Source of the DNA: an uncultured Aliarcobacter sp. | Lineage (GTDB): Bacteria > Campylobacterota > Campylobacteria > Campylobacterales > Arcobacteraceae | NCBI GenBank assembly: GCA_963677435.1 | Contig: OY781945.1 | Span: 1,216,001-1,280,000, forward strand | Direction of reading: 5' to 3' | Length of the DNA: 64,000 nt | In this document: piece by piece, positions 41,703-50,612 of the stretch | Position numbering within the stretch: the first letter of the stretch is position 1 | Layout: every line of letters begins with the position of its first letter | Program-made: the position numbers and the translations under genes | The notes under the pieces: generated by a model | Database searches by the model: none | What the model was told of the DNA's origin: nothing | Seen by the model: the letters and a program-made list of their open reading frames with translations, nothing else

Positions 41703-41798
41703 ATGCTATTTTAATGCTATTCTAAGCTATATTTGAACTATTGTGCGTTAAGCGAACTTTAAAAATAAGCATGTTATAGTTTTGTACAAATGTTCGAA
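41703..41798 (+). promoter_or_regulatory. Promoter of the porin gene, near copy of the lig operon promoter, with IclR-type box
   Basis: GTGCGTTAAGCGAAC at 41743-41757; ATGTTATAGTTT..GTACAAATGTTCGAAA shared with 32418-32447. Confidence 0.7.
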
Positions 41799-41818
41799 AA
41801 TCATAAAAAGGAAAATAA

Positions 41819-43141
41819 ATGAGAAATCTTAAAAAAATCTGTATAGCATTAGCTGCCGTAAATGCATTAGGTATAACTGCATATGCTGGTACTTTACAAG
41901 AAGCATTGTCGGGTGGAAAAGCTGGTGGAGAAATTAGATCTGTAACAGTAATGAGTTCATATTCAGACAATACAGAAGCTGGTCCATATAACAATGCAAA
42001 CTCTTCTGCTATTGCATTACAGTTGAATTATAAAACAGCTGATTTTAATGGCTTTAAAAGTGAAATTGGTTTTCAAACGGCTCATAGTTTTGATTTAGAA
42101 GATTCAAGTGCTCCTGCTGATGCACCTAAGTTCTACAATGAAAGAGAAAGTAGGGTAACACAAGAGGGTTCAAATCTTTATCTTGCAAATGTTTCATATG
42201 CAGCAGGAAATACAGAAGCTAAAGTTGGTAGACAGTTAATTTCAACTCCATTAATGTCTTACTCTAATTCAAATCCATTAGTAGATACTTACAATGGATT
42301 ATCAGTTGTAAATAAAGATCTATCTAATACAGAAATCAAACTTTATGTTTTAAAAGATTGGATTGAAAGATATTCTACTGATCCATCTGCATCAGATAGA
42401 GCAAAAGGTGATGATAGAATTACTCACTGGAAAAAACCAACAATTTCTTTATATGTAAAAAATAGTAGTATTGAAAATTTAAATTTAGAAGGACAATATT
42501 TAGGTGTTAGAGATGACGAAGGTAATCCAAATGATGCACCAGTAGCTACAAATGGTTCATATAAAGTTTATTATGGTGCATTTGATTATAAATTACCTGT
42601 TGGGATGCCATTATCAATTGGAAGTTTCTATTCTGTTGCTGATTATGATAGTACAGTATCAACAGGTGCTCCTAAATTACTTGATAAAAATGATACTAAT
42701 ATGTATGGTGTTAAATTATCTGGAAAAATTTTGGATACAGTATTTAAAGTTGCGTACACTAAAGTAGGTGATGATGGTGACTTCATTGGAAACTTAGGAC
42801 ATACTCCTAACTTCTTTAAATATAATGGTGGACAAATGTTTACAGATAACTTTTATGCAGGAGAGAGTTCAACATCTCTTATGCTAATTCCTAAATTGAT
42901 TCCAAATGTATTTACATTATTTGCAATTTCTAAATATTCTCAAACTGAGCAAGGTAAAATAAATACTTCAAGAGGTGCGGATATGGATGGTGCAGTTGAA
43001 ATTATGGCTGATTTAAAATATAACTTAACAAAAGAGCTTGTTGCAAGATTACAAGTTGCAGAAATTGATTTTGATAGTGAAAAAGCTAATACTGACGATA
43101 AAATGACAATTGGTAAACTTTATTTAACTTATAGTTTCTAA
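41819..43141 (+). CDS. Outer-membrane porin (OprD-like / Campylobacterota type), probable aromatic-acid channel
   Basis: Signal peptide + TLQEAL, LNYKTADFNGF, KVGRQLISTP, C-terminal YLTYSF; co-regulated context. Confidence 0.75.
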   Translation: MRNLKKICIALAAVNALGITAYAGTLQEALSGGKAGGEIRSVTVMSSYSDNTEAGPYNNANSSAIALQLNYKTADFNGFKSEIGFQTAHSFDLEDSSAPADAPKFYNERESRVTQEGSNLYLANVSYAAGNTEAKVGRQLISTPLMSYSNSNPLVDTYNGLSVVNKDLSNTEIKLYVLKDWIERYSTDPSASDRAKGDDRITHWKKPTISLYVKNSSIENLNLEGQYLGVRDDEGNPNDAPVATNGSYKVYYGAFDYKLPVGMPLSIGSFYSVADYDSTVSTGAPKLLDKNDTNMYGVKLSGKILDTVFKVAYTKVGDDGDFIGNLGHTPNFFKYNGGQMFTDNFYAGESSTSLMLIPKLIPNVFTLFAISKYSQTEQGKINTSRGADMDGAVEIMADLKYNLTKELVARLQVAEIDFDSEKANTDDKMTIGKLYLTYSF

Positions 43142-43147
43142 TAAATA

Positions 43148-43178
43148 AAAAAAGCAACAATTTTTTTGTTGCTTTTTT
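43148..43178 (+). terminator. Intrinsic terminator after porin
   Basis: AAAAAAGCAACAA-TTTTT-TTGTTGCTTTTTT. Confidence 0.7.
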
Positions 43179-43225
43179 ATTATAAGGATAGTTGTATATA
43201 CAACTAATAAAAAAGGAATCTTAAA

Positions 43226-45103
43226 ATGCAATTTCATACAAATGGTTTTCATGTTGGTAATCCTAATATTTCTAAAGCAGCACTTGGGCATGAAGGAAAA
43301 CAAGGTAATTTACCTAAAGAATTAGATGTTTTAATAATAGGTAGTGGACCAGCAGGTCTTACCCTAGCAGCTCAACTTTCATTATACCCTCAAATAAATA
43401 CACGAATTATAGAGCAAAAAAATGCTCCTATGCTTCTTGGTCAAGCAGACGGTGTTTCTTGTCGTTCAATGGAAATGTTTGATGCTTTTGGATTTGCAGA
43501 AGAAGTGCTAAAAGAGGGATATTGGGTAAATGAAACAAATTTTTGGATGCCTGATGAAAAGAATCCAAATAATATAATCAGAAATGCAAGAGTTCAAGAT
43601 GTGGAAGATGGGATATCTCATATGCCACATATTATTCTTAATCAAGGGCGTATTCATGATATGTATTTGGGTGTAATGGGTAATTCTGCTTCAAGACTTG
43701 AAGTTGATTATGAGTGTAAACTAATAAGCTTGGAAATAAATCAAGAGGGCAAATACCCAATTTTAGCAACTATAGAAGAAAAAGGTAAATTAAAAACTAT
43801 TAAAGCTCGTTATCTTGTAGGTTGTGATGGTGCAAGAAGTTTAGTAAGAAAAGCAATTGGTAGAGAATTAAAAGGTGATAGAGAAGGTCAAGCTTGGGGA
43901 GTGATGGATGTTCTTCCATCAACTAATTTTCCAGACATTAGATTTAAAAATATTATAAAATCAAGTGATGCTGGAAATATCCTTTTAATCCCAAGGGAAG
44001 GTGGTCATTTAGTTCGTATCTATGTGGAGCTTGATAAATTAAATCAAAAAGGTGAAAGTAAAGGTGTTACTTTAGAAGATTTAATTCAAACTAGCAAAAA
44101 AATATTTCATCCTTACTCTTTTGATGTAAAAGAGACTGCTTGGTGGTCTGTTTATGAAGTTGGTCATAGTGTAACTGATAAATTTGATGATGTTCCAGAA
44201 GATGAGATTGAAAATAGATTTCCCCATGTATTCATAGCAGGTGATGCTTGTCATAACCACAGTGCAAAAGCTGGACAAGGAATGAATGTATCTATGGGAG
44301 ATACTTTTAATTTAGGTTGGAAGTTAATTAGTGTTCTAACTGGTAAATGTGATGAAAAATTATTGCATACATATTCACAAGAACGACAAGCTGTTGCTCA
44401 AGGTTTGATTGATTATGACCATAAATGGGCTAGAGTAATGAGTGCACCAATAGGAGGAAACTCTATAAATGTTAAAGATCATTTCATTGAAGGAGGTTAT
44501 TTTACAGCTGGATTATCTGTAAAGTATGAAGCTTCATTATTAACTGGTGAATCTACTTATCAAGATTTAGCAAAAGGTTTTGAAATTGGTAAGCGTTTTC
44601 ATTCTGCTCCTGTAGTTAGAGCTTGTGATGGAAAAACTATTCAACTTGGGCAAACTGTAAAAATTGATACAAAATACAGATTATATATTTTTGCTGATTC
44701 AAATAATCCAATGGATGAAAATTCAGCCACTTATAGATTATGTGATTTCTTAGAAAATTCACCTTATTCACCAATATTAAAACACACTTCAAAAGAAGAT
44801 GATATTGATTCAGTAATAAGTGTTTATGGAATTTTTCAACAAAGACATCACAATATTGGAATAGAAGAGTTGCCAACACTTCTAAAACCTTTTGTTGGTA
44901 AATATGCTCTTAAAGATTATGAAAAAATCTATTGTCCAGATTTTAAAAATGATAATAATATTTTTGATATGCGTGAAATTAATAAAAATACGGGATGTAT
45001 TGTGATTGTTAGACCAGATCAATATGTAGCGCATATTTTACCACTTGATGCATATGAAGAACTGGAAAAGTTCTTTGATGGTTTTTTACTAAGAAAAAAT
45101 TAA
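43226..45103 (+). CDS. mobA: 3-hydroxybenzoate 4-monooxygenase-like flavoprotein (phenol hydroxylase family)
   Basis: MQFH.NGF..GNP N-terminus as in Comamonas MobA; GQADG, GCDGARS, AGDACH.HS.KAGQGMNVSM, VRPDQYVA. Confidence 0.8.
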   Translation: MQFHTNGFHVGNPNISKAALGHEGKQGNLPKELDVLIIGSGPAGLTLAAQLSLYPQINTRIIEQKNAPMLLGQADGVSCRSMEMFDAFGFAEEVLKEGYWVNETNFWMPDEKNPNNIIRNARVQDVEDGISHMPHIILNQGRIHDMYLGVMGNSASRLEVDYECKLISLEINQEGKYPILATIEEKGKLKTIKARYLVGCDGARSLVRKAIGRELKGDREGQAWGVMDVLPSTNFPDIRFKNIIKSSDAGNILLIPREGGHLVRIYVELDKLNQKGESKGVTLEDLIQTSKKIFHPYSFDVKETAWWSVYEVGHSVTDKFDDVPEDEIENRFPHVFIAGDACHNHSAKAGQGMNVSMGDTFNLGWKLISVLTGKCDEKLLHTYSQERQAVAQGLIDYDHKWARVMSAPIGGNSINVKDHFIEGGYFTAGLSVKYEASLLTGESTYQDLAKGFEIGKRFHSAPVVRACDGKTIQLGQTVKIDTKYRLYIFADSNNPMDENSATYRLCDFLENSPYSPILKHTSKEDDIDSVISVYGIFQQRHHNIGIEELPTLLKPFVGKYALKDYEKIYCPDFKNDNNIFDMREINKNTGCIVIVRPDQYVAHILPLDAYEELEKFFDGFLLRKN

Positions 45104-45117
45104 AATAGGAGATTTAA

Positions 45118-46161
45118 ATGAAAAATTTAATAAAAAAAGTAAGTTGTTTATTTATAGGTTTATTAGTTTTTAGTACATTTTTACAAGCAAAAGATGAAAA
45201 ACCAATAAAATTAATTCTTCATCATTTACATAGTCCAAATGCACCTACTCAGACAAAATTTCTTCTTCCATGGGCTGAGAATTTAAAAAAGATGTCAAAT
45301 GGAAGACTTGATGTTGAAGTATTTCCTTCAATGAGTTTAGGTGGAAAACCAAATGAACTTTATAAACAAGCAAGAGATGGAACAGTTGATATTATTTGGA
45401 CAGTTGCTGGATATACACCAGGAGTATTTCCAAGAACGGAAGTTTTTGAATTACCAACAGTGCATAAAGGCTCATCGGTTGCTACATCACTTGCAATAAA
45501 AGAAGATTTTGATTTAATAAAAGAAGATTTTAAAGATGTAAAACCACTAATGGTTTATGTTCATGCTGGAAATGCTATACATACAGTTAATAAACCAATT
45601 ACTTCTGCTGCAGATTTAAAAGGTTTAAAAATTAGAACACCATCAAGAACTGGTGGTTGGTTGATTGAAGAGTTAGGTGCTGAACCTGTAGGAATGCCTT
45701 TACCAGACCTTCCACAATCTTTATCAAAAAATGCAATTGATGGAGCTTTTGTTCCATTTGAAATTTTCCCAGCTTTTAAAATTCAACAATTAACTAAACA
45801 CTCAATAGTGGGATATGATGGAGAAAGATTTGGAACTTCTGTATTTTTACTTCTTATGAATAAAGATAAATTTAACTCTTTACCAAAAGATTTACAAGAA
45901 ATTATTAATAAAAGTGTTGATATAGATATGGTTAAAAAAGTTGGTGAACTTTGGATGGATGTTGAAAAACCAGGTATTAAAATGCAAAAAGAATCACCTG
46001 ATTCAGATGTAACAACTTTAAGTGCAGATGCTATGAAAGATTTTGATGCAGCAGGGCAGAGAGTTGTTCAAAGATGGATTAAAGAAGTAGATGCAAAAGG
46101 TATTGATGGACAAAAACTTGTTGATGAAGCAAGAAAAGCAATCAATAAAAATAGTAAATAA
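45118..46161 (+). CDS. dctP: TRAP transporter substrate-binding protein (paralogue 2)
   Basis: Highly similar to the 38487 ORF (GYTPGVFPRTEVFELPTVH, PLPDLPQ.LSKNAIDG). Confidence 0.88.
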   Translation: MKNLIKKVSCLFIGLLVFSTFLQAKDEKPIKLILHHLHSPNAPTQTKFLLPWAENLKKMSNGRLDVEVFPSMSLGGKPNELYKQARDGTVDIIWTVAGYTPGVFPRTEVFELPTVHKGSSVATSLAIKEDFDLIKEDFKDVKPLMVYVHAGNAIHTVNKPITSAADLKGLKIRTPSRTGGWLIEELGAEPVGMPLPDLPQSLSKNAIDGAFVPFEIFPAFKIQQLTKHSIVGYDGERFGTSVFLLLMNKDKFNSLPKDLQEIINKSVDIDMVKKVGELWMDVEKPGIKMQKESPDSDVTTLSADAMKDFDAAGQRVVQRWIKEVDAKGIDGQKLVDEARKAINKNSK

Positions 46162-46173
46162 TAGGATTTAGAT

Positions 46174-46878
46174 ATGGAAACTAAAGAATCAATAGTTTTT
46201 CTTTCTGGATTATTATGTAATGAAACTGTTTGGGAAGATGTTTCAAAAGAGTTAGAAAATACTTATGATGTTTCAATAATCTCATTTCAAGGTTGTGATT
46301 CAATTGAAATGATGGCAAAAAAAGTATTAGATACAGCTCCTCAAGAGTTTATTTTAATAGGTCACTCAATGGGTGGAAGAGTTGCACTTGAAGTTTTTAA
46401 TCAAGCTTCAAACAGAATCACAAAAATAGGGCTTTTTAACACAGGAGTTCACAGTAAAAGTGAAACAGAAGTTCAAGGACGACAAAAACTTCTGGATTTA
46501 GCTAAAAATGAGGGTATAAAATCTGTTGTAAAACAGTGGCTTCCTCCTATGATGAGCAAAGCTAGTTTAGAAAATACTCTTTTAATGGAAAAACTTGAAA
46601 AGATGTCAACTTCATATAGTGTAGATGATTTTTTTAAACAAATTCATGCACTTATAAATAGACCAGATGCACAAAGTATTTTACCTTTGATTGATATTCC
46701 TACACTTTTGTTAAGTGCTACAGAAGATAAATGGAGTCCAATTTCTCAGCATGAACAAATGCAAGAGTATATAAAAAATAGTACATTAGCGATAATTGAA
46801 AATGCAAGTCACATGGCACCAGTTGAACAACCAATAGCTGTATCAAAAGCAATTAGAAATTGGTTAGAAAATAAATAA
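46174..46878 (+). CDS. Alpha/beta hydrolase
   Basis: GHSMGG nucleophile elbow; D and H (SHMAPVEQP) catalytic candidates. Confidence 0.85.
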   Translation: METKESIVFLSGLLCNETVWEDVSKELENTYDVSIISFQGCDSIEMMAKKVLDTAPQEFILIGHSMGGRVALEVFNQASNRITKIGLFNTGVHSKSETEVQGRQKLLDLAKNEGIKSVVKQWLPPMMSKASLENTLLMEKLEKMSTSYSVDDFFKQIHALINRPDAQSILPLIDIPTLLLSATEDKWSPISQHEQMQEYIKNSTLAIIENASHMAPVEQPIAVSKAIRNWLENK

Positions 46879-46919
46879 TAAATACCCTTTCATAAAAAGG
46901 ACTAAAATAAGGATTTAAT

Positions 46920-47984
46920 ATGGCACAAAAAAATGGATTGTTTCCAAAAAATGCATGGTATGTAGCTCTAACTTCGGATGAATTAAAAGATAAACCTTTT
47001 GCTCGTCAGATATGTAATATTAATATGGTATTTCATCGAAAAAATGATGGAACAGTCGTAGCTCTTGAAGACTTCTGTCCACATAGAGGTGCTGCTTTAT
47101 CTTTAGGTTATTTAGAAGATGATGGAATTGTTTGTGGGTATCATGGTTTAAAAGTTGGTTGTAAAGGTCAAGTAATTGATATGCCAGAACAAAATCCTAA
47201 AAAAATACCATGTATTGGATATTTTCCAGTAGTTGAAAAATATGGATTTATTTGGATCTGGCCTGGGAAAAAAGATAAAGCTGATGAATCATTAATTCCA
47301 GTACTTGAATGGGCAAATAATCCTGAATGGGCATTTGCAGGTGGAGTATTTGATATTAAATGTGATTATAGATTTATGATTGATAATTTGATGGATTTAA
47401 CCCACGAAAAATATGTTCATGGAACAAGTATCGGTCAAGAAGAAATAGATGAAAGTCCAGTAATAACTGAAGAAGAAGATGGATATATTGTTACAAGTAG
47501 ATATATGCACAATATAATCGCACCACCTTTTTGGGCATTTTGTATGAAAAATAATAATCTAGATCCAACACAAAGAGTTGATAGATGGCAAAAATCAAAA
47601 TTTGTTCCACCAGCTGCTGTGTTTATTGATGTGGGAGTTGCCCTAGAGGGAAAAGGTGGAAAAGATGCACCAAAAGAAGACAAAGTAAGATGTACTGTTA
47701 TTGATTTTATGACACCACAAAGTGAAACAACAATGTGGTATTTTTGGGGAATGGCAAGAAACTTTAATCCAACAAACGAACAACTAACACAAGATATCCT
47801 AAAAGGGCAAGGTGGAATTTTCGAAGAAGATTTAGAAATTTTAGAATACCAACAACAAAACCTAGCAAGATTTCCAGATAAAAGTTTAATTAGCTTAGAT
47901 ATAGATGCAGGTGGAAGAAAAGCTAGACGAATTTTGAATCAAATGATTAAAATTGAGGAAGAGGGATATATAGATAATAAATAA
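46920..47984 (+). CDS. vanA: Vanillate O-demethylase Rieske oxygenase subunit
   Basis: FPKNAWYVA, EDFCPHRGA..CGYHGL Rieske motif, DNLMDLTHE.YVH, WYFWGMARNF, IDAGG. Confidence 0.88.
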   Translation: MAQKNGLFPKNAWYVALTSDELKDKPFARQICNINMVFHRKNDGTVVALEDFCPHRGAALSLGYLEDDGIVCGYHGLKVGCKGQVIDMPEQNPKKIPCIGYFPVVEKYGFIWIWPGKKDKADESLIPVLEWANNPEWAFAGGVFDIKCDYRFMIDNLMDLTHEKYVHGTSIGQEEIDESPVITEEEDGYIVTSRYMHNIIAPPFWAFCMKNNNLDPTQRVDRWQKSKFVPPAAVFIDVGVALEGKGGKDAPKEDKVRCTVIDFMTPQSETTMWYFWGMARNFNPTNEQLTQDILKGQGGIFEEDLEILEYQQQNLARFPDKSLISLDIDAGGRKARRILNQMIKIEEEGYIDNK

Positions 47985-47988
47985 AAGT

Positions 47989-48009
47989 AAAGAGTAGTTT
48001 TTACTCTTT
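47989..48009 (+). terminator. Terminator-like hairpin after vanA
   Basis: AAAGAGTA-GTTTT-TACTCTTT followed by a T-rich tract. Confidence 0.55.
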
Positions 48010-48056
48010 CTTTTATTTTATAGATATTCTCTTATTCTTATCGTCCTTCTAAAATC

Positions 48057-48362
48057 TTGAATTTAAAAGCATTTATAATCATAGCCCCTGAATACAATGG
48101 AGTTATGCCACCAGTACTAAATAATGCAATGGCATGGACATCAAGATCTACAAAAGATTGGAGAGACGCTTTTAATGAAAAAGCAGTAGGACTAGCAACT
48201 CACAGTGGAGGTGGTGGAACAAAAGGACTTCAAGCAATGAGAATGATGTTTCAACACCTAGGTGCAAATGTAATAGCAAGAGAAATTTTAACAACATATG
48301 AAAAACCTCTAAATGAAGAGACTGCTAATAATATGATTATTCAACTGATTAAATTAAGTTAA
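48057..48362 (+). pseudogene. 5'-truncated NADPH-dependent FMN reductase
   Basis: PEYNG..PPVLNNA.AW and SGGGG motifs present; N-terminal FMN-binding half and RBS missing. Confidence 0.7.
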
Positions 48363-48704
48363 TAAATTATGAAATATGAGTTAGAGTCTTGGTGACTCTA
48401 GCTTTCTTGCTTTCTTTTTAAGAAAAGAAAGTAAAGAGCGAAAACCATTATGTGTTCATGAGAATTAAAAACAACAAAATGTAGTTTTATCACGATTATT
48501 GACAAATAGGTATACATTATGTTGTTTTATTGGGTAAATATAGGGGTAAACTATACATCAAAATCTCAAAAATATACTTTTAAAATATATCAATACAGAT
48601 AAATTAAAATTAATTATTAAAAGAAAAGCCCAAATAAAGGATTTTCTTTCATATAATAAATCAACATTATTTATGTTATAAATATCACAAATTCAAGGCT
48701 GTTT

Positions 48705-48737
48705 TGTATATAATGTACGTTCAATAAATAGTTAAAA
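48705..48737 (+). mobile_element. attI-like site with adjacent extended -10 (Pc-like) at the head of the cassette array
   Basis: GTTAAAA at 48731-48737 is the exact complement of R'' TTTTAAC of the first attC; no upstream attC hairpin; TATAAT 17 nt upstream. Confidence 0.6.
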
Positions 48738-48756
48738 ATCTAAAAAAAGGAAATAC

Positions 48757-49623
48757 TTGGAAATTTATAATAAAAATTTTATTGGTCCTGTTGAGATACA
48801 ACCTGACAGTTTACCAAACACACCAGCGATATACATAATTTCTAAAAAAGGATCTTTTGATCCACAATATATTGGATTCACAACATTTTTAAATAGCCGT
48901 TTAAAACAACATCCTATATTAGTTAAATTAAATCTTAATGAACTTCAACTATTTTATTATACATTTAATGAGGAACAAAAAGACGAAGCACTAGAAATAG
49001 AAAAAAAATTAGTCACTGAATTCAAACCACCTTTCAATAAATCATATATACATAAAGATAATATGCAAGCTAAGGTAGAAAGAACTCAAAAATATTCAAA
49101 CTTTTTAGCTTTAGTCTCGTCATCAATTGCTATTGCAGCATTAATATTTACTGTAATGGGTTTATTTCTAAATAACGAGCCAAGAATGAGTAATTCAGAA
49201 TTAACCGTTAAATCTACTGAATTACAAAAAGCAATAGCTATGAATAATGAAGCTACAATAAAATTAAGATTAGAAATAAATTCTATTCAATCAAAGCTTG
49301 AGGCTATTACATCCGTGCCAGAAAAAGTTGTATGGAAAGTTGAATCAGAAAAAATTAATCAAAGAATTATCCAATTAGAAGAAAAATTAAAAGCCTTGGA
49401 AACAGCATTAGCATCAAGTCCTATAAAGGCTTTGGCTGTTCCAATTTTAAGAAAAGATTTGGATAATGCTCAAGAAGTTTTTAAATCAGAAATTGTACAA
49501 ACGAGATCAGAAATTAATCGTATATATGACCAAAACAAATGGTTTATTGGATTAATGTTTACAATTGCTCTAAGCGTATTAGGTATGGCGATTAGTAACT
49601 TTATGGGTAAAAAAGATTTTTAA
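48757..49623 (+). CDS. Cassette 1: GIY-YIG-like nuclease domain fused to TM-coiled coil-TM
   Basis: LPNTPAIYII..YIG.T..L..RL.QH..E...PPFN; two hydrophobic helices; stop codon lies in the attC R'' box. Confidence 0.7.
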   Translation: MEIYNKNFIGPVEIQPDSLPNTPAIYIISKKGSFDPQYIGFTTFLNSRLKQHPILVKLNLNELQLFYYTFNEEQKDEALEIEKKLVTEFKPPFNKSYIHKDNMQAKVERTQKYSNFLALVSSSIAIAALIFTVMGLFLNNEPRMSNSELTVKSTELQKAIAMNNEATIKLRLEINSIQSKLEAITSVPEKVVWKVESEKINQRIIQLEEKLKALETALASSPIKALAVPILRKDLDNAQEVFKSEIVQTRSEINRIYDQNKWFIGLMFTIALSVLGMAISNFMGKKDF

Positions 49624-49673
49624 CAAGACCTCGAAACGAATGGTATAGCCATCGTTTGAGTCAAACGTTATGA
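49618..49673 (+). mobile_element. attC site 1
   Basis: TTTTAAC-aagac-CTCGAAAC..GTTTGAG-tcaaac-GTTATGA; imperfect palindrome with an extrahelical G. Confidence 0.85.
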
Positions 49674-49706
49674 GTAGATAACGTAATATATAAGTAGGAT
49701 ATAAGA

Positions 49707-50549
49707 GTGTTTCCAAAAAAACAACAGTGGCTTAAATGGTCTCTTCCAAGTAAAGCAAGCTATATGGGTTTACTTATTGCTGTAGTTATTCCAATAATTT
49801 CATTCGCAACATTAACAATAGATAAATCTATAGAAGATTATATATTTAATTCTTTATCGGTTAAAAAAGTCAAGTATGATTATGTTTTTAAAGATATAAA
49901 ATATGATGGACATGAAAGAGAAATAGATGAGATATTTTATCCTCAAATTTCATATCCATATTTTTATAATGACTTTTTGGATTATCTCAATAATGAAATA
50001 AAAAATAATGTATTGCGATCAATAGATGAAAACTTAGTAATGTACAGTTCTGATTATGAGACAGGAATAGTTTCGTCAAATTTATTATCTTTAAAAATGA
50101 CTCAATATACTTTTCATTATCCAGCATTAAATGGCAATCACTCTGTATGGGCTATAAATGTAGACCCAAAAAACCATATTGATTTTGATTTTTTTGATAT
50201 TTTTGATGCAAGACGTAATGCACTTGAAAAAGTAAAAAGTATTATCAAGGCTAAAAATGAATGTGAGTTCTTTGAGAATTTTGATGAAGCTAGCTTTATC
50301 CCGAGATTCTATATTAAAAATAAAAGTATCGAATTTTTATTTAGTGAATATGAAGTCACCCCTGGAATGTGTGGAAATATAATTATTGATGTAGAATATT
50401 CTGAAATATTAGATTTTTTACGACAAGATGGTCCTTTGGGAATATTTATTTCACCATCTCGTTCGTGGGATGCAGATTACCATTGGACTAAAGCTATATC
50501 TAGGACAATGGATAAACTGGGAAAATCTCATAACAAGACCTCGCAGTGA
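49707..50549 (+). CDS. Cassette 2: membrane-anchored DUF3298/RsiV-PdaC-like protein
   Basis: N-terminal TM helix; YPQI; FYI...IEFLFSEYEVTPGMCG..I.V.Y pattern. Confidence 0.6.
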   Translation: MFPKKQQWLKWSLPSKASYMGLLIAVVIPIISFATLTIDKSIEDYIFNSLSVKKVKYDYVFKDIKYDGHEREIDEIFYPQISYPYFYNDFLDYLNNEIKNNVLRSIDENLVMYSSDYETGIVSSNLLSLKMTQYTFHYPALNGNHSVWAINVDPKNHIDFDFFDIFDARRNALEKVKSIIKAKNECEFFENFDEASFIPRFYIKNKSIEFLFSEYEVTPGMCGNIIIDVEYSEILDFLRQDGPLGIFISPSRSWDADYHWTKAISRTMDKLGKSHNKTSQ

Positions 50550-50582
50550 ACGCTAAAGCGTCACTAAAGTTAAACGTTAGCT
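50528..50582 (+). mobile_element. attC site 2
   Basis: TCATAAC-aagac-ctcgc-AGTGAACGCT-aa-AGCGTCACT..ttaaac-GTTAGCT; R'' is complementary to the GTTATGA at the cassette start. Confidence 0.85.
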
Positions 50583-50612
50583 ATATGAATTTAAATCAAG
50601 GAAAGAAGTTAG

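Noticed and set aside
41722..41994. Antisense ORFs within lig, TRAP, porin, pobA and other genes (e.g. 1483-1890, 10439-10837, 41019-41393, 51052-51435)
   Set aside because: Shadow ORFs opposite well-supported genes, with no independent motifs.
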